A DNA stretch of 57,678 nt, taken from assembly GCA_040220235.1 (NCBI GenBank), contig JAVJTO010000052.1; one strand, given 5' to 3'. The stretch comes from Coleofasciculus sp. B1-GNL1-01 (GTDB lineage Bacteria; Cyanobacteriota; Cyanobacteriia; Cyanobacteriales; Coleofasciculaceae). The notes under the pieces are model-generated. The model had not been told where the DNA came from, did not search any database, and worked only from the letters and a program-made list of their open reading frames with translations. The position numbers and the translations under genes are program-made. Of this stretch, positions 1 to 9,822 are shown in pieces (the first letter of the stretch is position 1; each line of letters opens with the position of its first letter).

Positions 1-99
1 AATATTCTTCGCAAAGTAAAGGCAAAACTCAGTTTAGATCTGAGTGAAGTTACTAGAGGTGCCTTGACAGCACCCATTCGTTTAAGGCTTTGGTCTTAG
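1..99 (+). CDS. tnpB: TnpB RNA-guided endonuclease, C-terminal fragment (5' part outside window)
   Basis: Translates NILRKVKAKLSLDLSEVTRGALTAPIRLRLWS*, resembling the tail that follows the last RuvC motif (..ANILRK..) in cyanobacterial TnpB. Confidence 0.75.
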   Translation, partial: NILRKVKAKLSLDLSEVTRGALTAPIRLRLWS

Positions 100-141
100 C
101 GATGCTAGAATCTGCGTCTATGAAAGAGCGCAGAGTGTCAA
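1..141 (+). mobile_element. Right end of an IS200/IS605-family element (tnpB 3' end, subterminal hairpin, TCAA end)
   Basis: Frame 1 gives a TnpB-like C-terminus, followed by hairpin TCTGCG(111-116)/CGCAGA(129-134) and GTGTCAA ending at 141. This is the usual right-end layout of cyanobacterial tnpB elements. Confidence 0.8.
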
Positions 142-156
142 ACCGGAACTGAAACC

Positions 157-1020
157 TTACGCCTTGGTCGTTGGTGACTGACAGCGCGGGCAAAAATGAG
201 ATGAACGCCCGGACAACTTAATCCGCTCAATTGGGGTCTCACAGACGCGACAAGGCTGTCCTGTGCGACCATAGACCCAAGCGACTCCACTGTAATTGCC
301 ATTGACGCCCTGGACATTGAGGAAGCTGCTGAAGGTTGTACCACCCGCCTCAATCCCCGCTTTTAAGACTTGAATAATCCCTTGGTGCAGCCGTTCAATT
401 TGGTCTACACTTAATCGGGCGCAAACGGTTTGAGGATGAATCCCACTCACGAATAAGGCTTCATCAGCGTAGATATTCCCCACACCTGCAACCAGGGATT
501 GGTCGAGGAGGGCGGTTTTAATGGAACGCTGAGATTTTTTCAGCTTCTGAGTCAAATACTCTGGGGAGAAGGCATCTGAGAAGGGTTCAGGTCCTAAATT
601 TTGCAATCCCGTGATAATGCTGTCACATTCTTCCCCAGGCGGCACCCACCACATCCGACCAAAAGTGCGTTGATCCACAAAGCGCAATTCCTGTCCTTGA
701 GGAAAAAACAAGCGCACTCGCGTATGCTTCTGTAAGGGTTCCGTTTGCTGAATCCATAAGAGTTGCCCACTCATCCGCAAATGTACCCCTAACCAGCCAG
801 CATCCCCATCCTCAGAGTGGCTAAGTTGGGCAAGTAGATATTTACCCCGTCGATGCCAATCGCTAATTCTCGTCTGCTTCACACCCTGCCAAAACGCCGC
901 CACAGAAACAGGGTAGGCGATGGTGCGCGGGAGCAACACATCCCCACCCTGAATAGCCTGGGTACAAGTAATTTGCTTGAGACCCAGACGAATTGTTTCC
1001 ACTTCCGGCAATTCAGGCAC
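157..1020 (-). CDS. mutM: Formamidopyrimidine-DNA glycosylase (Fpg)
   Basis: N-terminal PELPEVE, HLRMSG, H2TH motif GVGNIYADE, C-terminal zinc finger CRVC..CPRCQ. Confidence 0.98.
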   Translation of the reverse strand: MPELPEVETIRLGLKQITCTQAIQGGDVLLPRTIAYPVSVAAFWQGVKQTRISDWHRRGKYLLAQLSHSEDGDAGWLGVHLRMSGQLLWIQQTEPLQKHTRVRLFFPQGQELRFVDQRTFGRMWWVPPGEECDSIITGLQNLGPEPFSDAFSPEYLTQKLKKSQRSIKTALLDQSLVAGVGNIYADEALFVSGIHPQTVCARLSVDQIERLHQGIIQVLKAGIEAGGTTFSSFLNVQGVNGNYSGVAWVYGRTGQPCRVCETPIERIKLSGRSSHFCPRCQSPTTKA

Positions 1021-1042
1021 GGCTTCGGGTGATTCCGTTCCG

Positions 1043-1261
1043 TTACTTCTTCTTCTTCTTCCCTGGTGCCACGACTACCAGTTCGCTTTCCGCAAAGTTA
1101 TTGGTATTGATGCCGGAATAGTTGACTTTATCGAAACGGACGATGACAGGATAGATAATGCCGCTCTTGTCTACGGTTGCTACCGTTCCGACATCGTTAT
1201 ACCAATAGGATTCTTTGCGTTTAATCCGAACTTTTGCGCCGCGTGTTACTTCTTCTGCCAT
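1043..1261 (-). CDS. psaE: Photosystem I subunit IV
   Basis: [42 protein letters not shown] signature; adjacent to fpg as in other cyanobacteria. Confidence 0.97.
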   Translation of the reverse strand: MAEEVTRGAKVRIKRKESYWYNDVGTVATVDKSGIIYPVIVRFDKVNYSGINTNNFAESELVVVAPGKKKKK

Positions 1262-1412
1262 ATCGGTTTTTCCCTTACGAATCTAGTTTTACAGCGTACT
1301 ACTGGATGAGGGGTGTCTGCTTACTATTTATTTTAAGTTTTATTACAAAGATGGGTTAAGAAACCCCTTGTTTCCAGATATAGAGGGGGATAGGGCAGAT
1401 GATGGGGGGCGA

Positions 1413-1561
1413 AAGCTGGGGGAGATGGGGAAGCGGGGGAAGCTGGGGAAGCTGGGGAAGCTGGGGAAGCGGGGGAAGCTGGGGAAGCTGGGGAAGTTTA
1501 TATGACCTGCTTCTGTTTCCCCACACCCCATACCCTACACCCCATACCCTACACCCCACAC
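1413..1561. repeat. STRR-type short tandem repeats (9-mer GGGGAAGCT array plus 7-mer CACCCCA/TACCC array)
   Basis: Directly visible tandem units. Related 9-mer arrays occur at about 15552, 16607, 25641, 38372 and 57287. Confidence 0.9.
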
Positions 1562-1571
1562 CCTTTTGAGC

Positions 1572-2228
1572 CTAATCCCGCCATCGCACCTGTACGAAAT
1601 AAGCAGGTCGTCCCCAGATATCGGAGGTATCGCTAATATCCTCAACAGCCAGATTAAAAGGAATCGCCGTGGTGAGGTAGCGTTGAGCCAAGATACCAAT
1701 GTCAGGGGTAAGTTGGGTGGCTGTAGCGGTGGCTAGACCTAAACCAATCAGTTGCTCAATCGGACCACGGGGTAGGAGAAGATGAGCGCCTAGGGCGAAT
1801 CCAGCCGTTAACATCATGCCAACGGAGAGATTTGTACCGCAACGAGGATGTACCGCTAAATTCCATTCCCCTTGGGTGAGACGATTCAATGCCAGAGGAA
1901 CCGCACGTCTCAAGTCCGATAAATTCACCTCACCATACAGGTAAAATCCTTGATCAGTGGATAAACCCCCTAAAGTATCATTATCCATCTCATGCACGGT
2001 GGTAGCTGTACCCGCAGGACTGCGACTAGGGCGTGACGTATAGTTGGCATTGGCTAAATCAGCCAGAACCCAAACCGTTGCATGTTCAAGAGCATGAACC
2101 TGACGCAACATTAACAGTTCTTTTAACCCTGGTACAAAAGGCAGTTGCTTGAGTAAGTCTGTATCTTGACTGGGATAGGGTGTAGGAACGTTAAAATCCC
2201 ACGTCTGAGCAGAAGTCGTATAAGTCAT
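1572..2228 (-). CDS. Conserved cyanobacterial protein (DUF6391-like, HALEH putative metal motif)
   Basis: HALEHAT and HPRCGTN motifs. The likely start is ATG 2228 (MTYTT), because the longer ORF runs through a REP palindrome. Confidence 0.75.
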   Translation of the reverse strand: MTYTTSAQTWDFNVPTPYPSQDTDLLKQLPFVPGLKELLMLRQVHALEHATVWVLADLANANYTSRPSRSPAGTATTVHEMDNDTLGGLSTDQGFYLYGEVNLSDLRRAVPLALNRLTQGEWNLAVHPRCGTNLSVGMMLTAGFALGAHLLLPRGPIEQLIGLGLATATATQLTPDIGILAQRYLTTAIPFNLAVEDISDTSDIWGRPAYFVQVRWRD

Positions 2229-2324
2229 AGCAGGATGTACTCTCAAACTCGCCGATATTCTTTTCACTGTAGCGTTGGTTATTGGAGAAGTCAGGAAAAA
2301 TGTACCATTGCTCCCCCAGCTCCC

Positions 2325-2349
2325 AGACGTGCCATGGCACGTCTCTACA
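2325..2349. repeat. GTAG-REP palindrome AGACGTGCCATGGCACGTCT
   Basis: Same palindrome family at about 2641, 19558, 38400 and 42818. Confidence 0.85.
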
Positions 2350-2690
2350 TTGCTCCCTCTGCTCCCATAACGACGCGATACAATACCAGGTAAGCATCTA
2401 GACACCGTACATCTTATTCGTGCCTATAACAAAAATTGGTGTCAATACTGCTTGGATAAGACTGATCCCCCCTAGTTCCCGGAGAATAAAAAGCATAAGC
2501 AACATCTGGCTTCCCTGTGTCAAAAAGCGAAGCCTCCTCTGGCTTCCCTGTCAAACAACAACGAACCCTTCTTTAGCTTTCACCTTTTGAAGAGAAAGGC
2601 AAGGGGGATCTATAAGGGAAGAGGGAGATCTGAATTTGACAGATGTGCCATGGCACGTCTCTAGCTAACGTTTGACGTTTGACTTACCTC

Positions 2691-4508
2691 ATGAGTAATT
2701 TTCCAGACTTATCCAGCCACGGTTTCAGGGTTGTTCGAGAATTAGGTCATAATCGCGCCGGTGGGAGAGTCACCTACCTAGCGGTGCCAATTCCGCCCCT
2801 GACGTCAGAGGGAACGCTGAAAGAACCTGTTGTGATTAAACAGTTTCAGTTTGCCCAAAGTGAGGCACATTGGTCAGATTATGACGCCATCGAACGGGAA
2901 ATTCAAGTGTTACGTGGCTTGAATCATCCAGGAATTCCCCGTTATTTGGATTCATTTCAAACTGAAACGGGGTTTTGTTTAGTCCAGGATTATAAAAAAG
3001 CCGCGTCTTTAGCCGTGCGGCGTAGTTTTGATCCGGCTGAGATTAAGCAAATTGCAGTTTCCTTACTCAATATTCTCGTTTATTTACAAAATCGCATTCC
3101 GCCAATTAGTCATCGGGATATTAAACCGGAAAATATCCTAGTTGATGATGAGTTGAATGTCTACCTGGTTGATTTTGGCTTGGCGCATATTGGCGGGAGT
3201 GAAATTGCCATGAGTAGTGTGGCGAAGGGAACAATTGGGTTCATCGCGCCGGAACTGCTGTTTAATCAACAAGTGAGTGAAGCCTCGGATCTGTATGGCT
3301 TAGGCGCAACGCTGATTTGTTTGCTTACGGGTATTGCTTCAACTGATATTAGTCAGTTAATTGATGAAGACTATCGGATTAATTTTAAACATCGGGTTCC
3401 TCGGTTGAGTTTGCGGTGGATTGAATGGCTGCAAACTCTGGTGGAACTGAAACCAAAAGACCGTTTTCTGGATGCGGCAACGGCGTTAGAAGCGCTGAAT
3501 CCGATTTATGTGATTCGAGTGCCAGAGGTAAATCTCAATGTCCCGTGTTTGGAGTTTACGGCGAAAAAATTGGGGGAAAAGATAACCAAAAAGGTTATTT
3601 TGACGAACTCCGTTCCCGATACGGTATTAGAAAGCCGTTGGCAAATCGCTCCTCATTTGAGTGATCCGCCCCATACCCCTGATTTCCATGAATGGATTTA
3701 CTTTGAGCAAACTCATTTTGTCAGCAATCAAGTGCTGTGCAAAATCACCGTAGATACGCGCAAGCTGATGGCGAATAAGCTTTATGAACGGGAGATATTA
3801 ATTCATAGTAATTCCCATCCAGAAACCCAAAGCTTAACCCTAAACGTGAAGACAGCCCCCGTACCGATTCCGGCGAAGAAATTGCCCTATTTTTCAGTTG
3901 GACTACTGATTTTCTTTGCCGCTGCTGCAACCTGGGTGGAAACAATGGCATGGGATGGTATTGTACGTCATAGTGGCACAGTTGGTGTTGCGATCGCGAT
4001 TTTCATTTCGGTGTTAGTGGCGGGATTGGGACTTGTGGCGGCGATTACGTCGGGGTGGATTAGTCAGGGGATGGCGAAGGTGCGATCGCGGTTTGGGGTT
4101 AAGGTGAAAGCGTTAGATACCGTAGCGGCTGTTTTTTTCGCAGGTGTCGCAGCGATAGTTGTGGCTCGATTTGGCGCTCAATTCCGGGCGACAGATATGG
4201 CAATTGCGGCATTTGCAGCGGTGGATGCAGTGGTATTTATGGCGGCGTTTGAAGGGGAAGGTGTGGCTCAAAGTTGTGTACAACGGGGGTTTAGTCAAGG
4301 GTTGGCGTTTGGGGTTTCTGTCTTATCCGCCGCCTTGGGAATTAGTTTAGGAATGGCTTTAAAGTTAGGGGTAGTTAATGGGATGGTTTTGGGGGCAATT
4401 TTAGGCACAGGTTTTCCTTTAGCTACGTTAATTTTATATCCCCCATTAGATCGGGCGAAACGGATTGCCCGTTATCGGAAATTTGAGCGGAATTTAATTA
4501 AACCGTAA
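2691..4508 (+). CDS. Hanks-type Ser/Thr protein kinase with C-terminal multi-pass membrane region
   Basis: VVIK, HRDIKPEN, DFG and GTIGFIAPE motifs; hydrophobic helices after about residue 400; ATG at 2691. Confidence 0.93.
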   Translation: MSNFPDLSSHGFRVVRELGHNRAGGRVTYLAVPIPPLTSEGTLKEPVVIKQFQFAQSEAHWSDYDAIEREIQVLRGLNHPGIPRYLDSFQTETGFCLVQDYKKAASLAVRRSFDPAEIKQIAVSLLNILVYLQNRIPPISHRDIKPENILVDDELNVYLVDFGLAHIGGSEIAMSSVAKGTIGFIAPELLFNQQVSEASDLYGLGATLICLLTGIASTDISQLIDEDYRINFKHRVPRLSLRWIEWLQTLVELKPKDRFLDAATALEALNPIYVIRVPEVNLNVPCLEFTAKKLGEKITKKVILTNSVPDTVLESRWQIAPHLSDPPHTPDFHEWIYFEQTHFVSNQVLCKITVDTRKLMANKLYEREILIHSNSHPETQSLTLNVKTAPVPIPAKKLPYFSVGLLIFFAAAATWVETMAWDGIVRHSGTVGVAIAIFISVLVAGLGLVAAITSGWISQGMAKVRSRFGVKVKALDTVAAVFFAGVAAIVVARFGAQFRATDMAIAAFAAVDAVVFMAAFEGEGVAQSCVQRGFSQGLAFGVSVLSAALGISLGMALKLGVVNGMVLGAILGTGFPLATLILYPPLDRAKRIARYRKFERNLIKP

Positions 4509-4624
4509 TCCTTTTGTCACTTCCCCCTCATCCCCTAACCCCTTCTCCCACCGAGGGGAGAAGGGGAACTATTACTCCCAGACGCTACAAACGCACGTCT
4601 TGACATATTCCTATTAAAATACCA

Positions 4625-5392
4625 ATGAAATTCGATGAACTGGATGCCAAAATGCGGGTTTATGAAACAGCCCATGATCACTGCGTTTTGCCGGGATTAT
4701 ATATGATAGCACGGTTAGATGGGCGCGGGTTTACTCGATTAACGCGAGACGTGCATCCATTTAAAGCCCCCTTTGATCAACGGTTTCGAGATGCGATGAT
4801 TCTCACCGTAGAACATCTGATGAATTGTGGGTTAAAGGTTATCTATGGGTATACTCAAAGTGACGAAATATCACTGCTTTTTGATGGTGCTGAGTCTGCC
4901 TTTAATCGCAAATTACGCAAGCTGAACTCCGTATTAGCTGGAGAAGCCAGTGCGAAATTTTCATTGATATTGGGGACAGTGGCATGTTTTGATTGTCGCA
5001 TTTCTCAATTACCGACAATTGAAATAGTGGTTGATTATTTCCGTTGGCGACAAGAAGATGCCCACAGAAATGCCTTAAACTCTCATAGTTATTGGTGTTT
5101 GCGGAATGATGGCAAAACTGCCCGACAAGCCACATCCCAGTTAGAACGGTTATCGGTGGCGGATAAGAATGAATTATTATTCCAACATGGGATTAATTTT
5201 AATCATCTACCCAACTGGCATAAACGAGGGGTAGGATTGTATTGGGAATCCTACCAAAAGCCCGGATTGAATCCCCTGACAGGTGAGACAACCCAAGCCA
5301 CCAGAAAACGGATTCGACAGGAGTTAAATCTGCCGATGAAAGACCAATATAGTCAATTTATTCGCGATGTGTTGAAGCAAATTAATCCGTGA
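4625..5392 (+). CDS. Thg1-like protein (tRNA-His guanylyltransferase family, 3'-5' polymerase)
   Basis: ARLDGRGF, YTQSDEISL, FDCR and DYFRWRQEDAHRN motifs. Confidence 0.93.
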   Translation: MKFDELDAKMRVYETAHDHCVLPGLYMIARLDGRGFTRLTRDVHPFKAPFDQRFRDAMILTVEHLMNCGLKVIYGYTQSDEISLLFDGAESAFNRKLRKLNSVLAGEASAKFSLILGTVACFDCRISQLPTIEIVVDYFRWRQEDAHRNALNSHSYWCLRNDGKTARQATSQLERLSVADKNELLFQHGINFNHLPNWHKRGVGLYWESYQKPGLNPLTGETTQATRKRIRQELNLPMKDQYSQFIRDVLKQINP

Positions 5393-5437
5393 TAAGTTAG
5401 ACGAACGGCATCAATGACATAAGACAAATGACCAACC

Positions 5438-6763
5438 ATGAACGATTTCCAGATATTAAAACGAATTTTTAATGCCTTTGACCCCTTTCGCCCCTTACCC
5501 CCCGGTGATCCAACTTACGTAGATTGTGAAGAAGTGCGGGGCGATTGTGATATTTTAATTGAATTAGGGCGATCGATTTTATTATCAGATAGAGTCACTT
5601 GTAATCTCTATGCGGGACATCGCGGGGCGGGAAAATCAACGGAATTACTGCGGCTGAAAGCTGACTTAGAAGAGCAGAAGTATTATGTCGTGTACTTTGC
5701 CGCCGATGATGAGGATATTGACCCAGAAGATGCCCAATATACGGATATTTTACTGGCGTGTACGCGGCGGTTATTAGAAGCGTTGAAAGATAATGCTAAA
5801 CCTGACCCGTTATTAAATTGGCTGAAATATCGCTGGGATTCGTTAAAAGAGTTGGCGCTAACTGAGGTGACATTTGAGAGTTTGAACCTGGAAACTCAGA
5901 TGTTACAGTTTGCCAAATTAACTGCCAATTTAAGAGCCGTTCCCAGTACCCGGCAAAAGATTCGCGAACAGGTGGATGCGAATACGGTATCCTTGATTGA
6001 GGCATTAAATGAGTTTATCACTGATGCCAAACACAATTTACCTTGGGGTTGTTCTGAATTAGTCGTAATTGCCGATAACTTGGATCGGATTGTGCCGATA
6101 TATGAACCCAATGGGAAACGCAGTAATCATGATGAGATTTTTATTGACCGTTGTGAACAACTGAGTAAATTAAACTGTCACACCATTTATACTGTGCCGA
6201 TTTCCATGGTGTATTCCGATCGAGGCACTGTGTTAGAAGATCGGTACAGTAAAGCCCAAGTTTTACCGATGATCATGGTACGCCAACCCACAGGCGAACC
6301 CTATACCAAAGGAATTGATAAGTTAAAGGAATTAATTGATAAACGCATTCGTCATAGTGTCCAGGATTTAACCCTAGAACAAGTATTTGAGGATACCAAT
6401 ACCGTCGAACAACTCTGTTTAATTAGTGGCGGTCATGTGCGAAACTTGATGCTATTAATGAAAACCAGTTTACAACGCAGTCCTCGTTTACCCATCGCAA
6501 AAAAAGCCGTGCGTCGGGCAATTACGGAGTTACGGGAAACCTATCGCACAGCGGTGAATGAACCGGAATGGATGATGTTGGCACAGGTTGCCAAAACCAA
6601 ACAGATGCCAAATCAAGATGAATATCGCAAACTGTTATTTAATCGCTGTATTTTAGAATATCGATATTTAGATGAAGGCGGAGAAATTAAAGTGTGGCAT
6701 GATGTCCATCCCTTAATTTATGGGATTGAGCGTTTTCAATCCGCATTGAATCAACTGTTGTAG
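5438..6763 (+). CDS. P-loop ATPase (STAND/KAP-like, cyanobacterial family paired with TPR genes)
   Basis: Walker A GHRGAGKS, Walker B LVVIADNLD, SGGHVR motif, C-terminal WHDVHP. Confidence 0.85.
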   Translation: MNDFQILKRIFNAFDPFRPLPPGDPTYVDCEEVRGDCDILIELGRSILLSDRVTCNLYAGHRGAGKSTELLRLKADLEEQKYYVVYFAADDEDIDPEDAQYTDILLACTRRLLEALKDNAKPDPLLNWLKYRWDSLKELALTEVTFESLNLETQMLQFAKLTANLRAVPSTRQKIREQVDANTVSLIEALNEFITDAKHNLPWGCSELVVIADNLDRIVPIYEPNGKRSNHDEIFIDRCEQLSKLNCHTIYTVPISMVYSDRGTVLEDRYSKAQVLPMIMVRQPTGEPYTKGIDKLKELIDKRIRHSVQDLTLEQVFEDTNTVEQLCLISGGHVRNLMLLMKTSLQRSPRLPIAKKAVRRAITELRETYRTAVNEPEWMMLAQVAKTKQMPNQDEYRKLLFNRCILEYRYLDEGGEIKVWHDVHPLIYGIERFQSALNQLL

Positions 6764-7048
6764 TTTGTAGTTTGTAGTAAGGGAACCTTAGCCTATCATC
6801 GTATTGCAGAGCAGACATTCATCTGTATTAATTTAACCTTGCAACCCTAGCCCCCAGATCCCCCTTCCGTCCCCCTTAAAAAGGGGGAGACCAAAGTCAG
6901 CCAGTAGGGTGGGCAATGCCCACCTGATATATTGGTAAAATAGAGGCATAAACTTGACAACTAAACCGAGCGCACGTCGGTGTTAGGATTAGGGCGCACG
7001 TCGGTGCGCCCCTACGGTTTCTGAACAGAATACATCAGCATCACAGCA

Positions 7049-8713
7049 ATGATCCGAAACCTGACCGAATGGGATGAAGACGATAAGGGCGACGCCGAGG
7101 ACGAATATGAAGCCCTGCGGCGTTCTTTGAGTTGGACAGAAGGATTTGGTTTGCTATTTGTTGATTGTACTCCCGCCAAAGGCGAGAAATTAATTAAGGA
7201 TGTCAAGCAGGATTTACCGCAAAAAAGCATCCAGGTTTTACGTCTCACCGAACCGATTGAGAATCTCTATACCGAAATTGCCAAATTACAGAATCGGGAT
7301 AGTATCGATATCTTATTTATCCAAGGGTTAGAACATTCGATTTATGACTATGAAAAGGCAATCAAAGATAATACAGAACGCCACAACTATTCATTGTTTT
7401 CTGTGCCACGTTTATTAGGTCATCTGAACCTACAGCGAGAATCATTCCGCGACCATTTTAATATCTGTTTCGTTTTTCTCTTACCCAAATTTGCCCTCAC
7501 CTATTTCAACCGCCGCGCCCCCGACTTCTTTGACTGGCGTTCTGGCTTATTTAAATTAGAGAGTCAAGGCGAGTTGGCTTTAGCAGAATTATCTCAAGGG
7601 GAAGATGAGTTTTGGTTGAAGCAAGGCAATCAGCAATATGAAGCTGGGGATTTAGTTGATGCAATTGTTTGCTGGGACAAAGCTTTAGACATTGCCCCTG
7701 ATTCTTACAGCGCCTGGAACTACCGGGGTATTGTCCTAAAAAAGTTAGGACAATTTGAGGAAGCGATCGCTAGCTACGATAATGCCATACAATTTAAACC
7801 TGATTCTGACAACGCCTGGAACAACCGGGGTAATGCCCTAGATGAGTTAGGAAAATTTGAGGAAGCGATCGCTAGCTACGATCAAGCCTTACAATTTAAA
7901 CCTGATAAACATGAAGCCTGGTTCAACCGGGGTATTGTCCTATCTAAGTTAGGAAAATTTGAGGAAGCAATCGCTAGCTACGATCATGCCTTACAATTTA
8001 AACCTGATTACCATCAAGTATGGAAAAACCGGGGTAATGTCCTATCTAAGTTAGGAAGATTTGCGGAAGCGATCACTAGCTACGATCAAGCCTTACAATT
8101 TAAACCCGATGACTATCAAGCCTGGAACAACCAGGGTATTGCCCTATTTAATTTAGGAAGATTTGCGGAAGCGATCACTAGCTACGATCAAGCCTTACAA
8201 TTTAAACCTGATTTACATCAAGCCTGGGATAACCGGAGTATTGCCCTGAGGAAGTTAGGAAGATTTGTGGAAGCGATCGCTAGCTACGATCATGCCTTAC
8301 AATTTAAACCTGATGACCATCAAGCCTGGAAAAACTGGGTTAATATCCTATCTAAGTTAGGAAGATTAGAGGAAGCGATCGCTAGCTTTGATAAAGCCTT
8401 ACAATTTAAACCTGATGACCATCAAGCCTGGTACAACCGAGGTTTTGCCCTGTCTAAGTTAGGACAATTGGAAGAAGCCATAATTTCCTGTAATAAAGCC
8501 CTAGAAATTAAACCAGATTCCGCTAATGCATTTTACAACAAAGCTTGCTATTTGGCATTGCAAAACCAAATTGACCTAGCCTTAGAAAACCTACAACAAG
8601 CCATCACGCTAAATCCTGATAAATACCGAGAGATGGCAAAAACAGATGCTGAATTGGATAACATTCGTCAAGATCCGCGATTTCAAGCGTTGATTCAAGA
8701 TGACACCGATTAA
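7049..8713 (+). CDS. TPR protein with N-terminal alpha/beta (degenerate NTPase-like) domain
   Basis: About 9-10 34-aa TPRs (AWxNRGxxLxxLGxFEEAIASYDxALQFKPD); N-terminal domain ends in RRAPDFFDW. Confidence 0.92.
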   Translation: MIRNLTEWDEDDKGDAEDEYEALRRSLSWTEGFGLLFVDCTPAKGEKLIKDVKQDLPQKSIQVLRLTEPIENLYTEIAKLQNRDSIDILFIQGLEHSIYDYEKAIKDNTERHNYSLFSVPRLLGHLNLQRESFRDHFNICFVFLLPKFALTYFNRRAPDFFDWRSGLFKLESQGELALAELSQGEDEFWLKQGNQQYEAGDLVDAIVCWDKALDIAPDSYSAWNYRGIVLKKLGQFEEAIASYDNAIQFKPDSDNAWNNRGNALDELGKFEEAIASYDQALQFKPDKHEAWFNRGIVLSKLGKFEEAIASYDHALQFKPDYHQVWKNRGNVLSKLGRFAEAITSYDQALQFKPDDYQAWNNQGIALFNLGRFAEAITSYDQALQFKPDLHQAWDNRSIALRKLGRFVEAIASYDHALQFKPDDHQAWKNWVNILSKLGRLEEAIASFDKALQFKPDDHQAWYNRGFALSKLGQLEEAIISCNKALEIKPDSANAFYNKACYLALQNQIDLALENLQQAITLNPDKYREMAKTDAELDNIRQDPRFQALIQDDTD

Positions 8714-8857
8714 CGTTATCCGTAGGGTGCGTTAGCGAAGCGTAACGCACCTTTGCCCTGCGTAAGTCCTGAATTTGATAGATTAAACTTAGGCACAGAA
8801 ACATCATCGGATCAAGGGCTAAAGCCCCGACTACGAACGAACAAGGAGAACTACGTT

Positions 8858-9400
8858 ATGGCAATCTTACAACTTCAAGACGGAACAACCTACACCCAAC
8901 TCAACGACATTACCCAGGAATTAGCCGCCCTGAATGTCAAACTCAATCATTGGTCAGTTGGCGATAATCCAGAGATTCGCCGCCTGTTGGCGCAAGACTC
9001 TTTAACTGATGAAGAAAAGGAACAAATCCTACAAGCGTTAGATAACTATTTTGAACACCTGAAACAAACCGCAGGTTATCAGTCTCGCGATTTAATTGTG
9101 CTGCATCCCGATGTCCCTAATCTGGACACAATGCTATCAAAATTTGACCGTTGTCATTACCACACCGATGACGAAGTGCGCTACATTGTCGCAGGTGAAG
9201 GGGTGTTTGGTTTTGTGCGTCCCGATGGTTCTCAAGTTGAATTAACGGTGCAGCCGGAAGAATATATTAATGTCCCGGCGAATACAGAACATTGGTTTCA
9301 TTTAACGCCATCTCGACGGGTGAAAGCGGTGCGCTATTTCACAACGACAGAGGGTTGGGTTCCGGAATATACGGGGACAAAAATTGATTTTGAGGCGTAA
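8858..9400 (+). CDS. mtnD: Acireductone dioxygenase (cupin, methionine salvage)
   Basis: HYHTDDEVRY..VPANTEHWF metal motif; AAGGAG Shine-Dalgarno before ATG 8858. Confidence 0.85.
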   Translation: MAILQLQDGTTYTQLNDITQELAALNVKLNHWSVGDNPEIRRLLAQDSLTDEEKEQILQALDNYFEHLKQTAGYQSRDLIVLHPDVPNLDTMLSKFDRCHYHTDDEVRYIVAGEGVFGFVRPDGSQVELTVQPEEYINVPANTEHWFHLTPSRRVKAVRYFTTTEGWVPEYTGTKIDFEA

Positions 9401-9568
9401 ATTTAGCCCCGGTAGGGACATGACACACCTAATTTTATGGATTAAAATTCCATCCGGAAACCGTAGGGGCGCACTGACGTGCGCCCTTTCCCGACGTGCG
9501 CCCGATTCCATCATAAAAATGAACCCACAATTTTAGCCGTGTCACGCCTGTAGGGGCGGGTTTAGAAA

Positions 9569-9755
9569 CATCTGTGTCAACTTAAGCTACAAAAAGAAAG
9601 CAATACCTTGAGCTGACCCCTCCCTAACCCTCCCCTTGCCAAGGGGAGGGAACATTTCCCCCCTTAGCAAGGGGGGATTAAGGGGGGTTAAGATTAAGTC
9701 AACGAGATTCAAACTCTGACAGGGAAAAACTTTTCCGCTTAAGTTGACACCAATG
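9569..9755. mobile_element. MITE with CATyyGTGTCAACTTAAGC-type terminal inverted repeats
   Basis: TIRs CATCTGTGTCAACTTAAGC / GCTTAAGTTGACACCAATG; flanks GTTTAGAAA / GTTTAGGAA (8/9 target duplication). Confidence 0.8.
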
Positions 9756-9822
9756 GTTTAGGAACTAACACGACTTGTTATCCATAACTGAACAACAAAA
9801 CCCATCATTCGTCTTAATCAAT

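Noticed and set aside
1343..1559. 62- and 67-aa ORFs (FPSFPS / LPQLPQ)
   Set aside because: They are translations of 9-mer STRR tandem repeats. The same applies to ORFs at 16376, 16564 and 25530.
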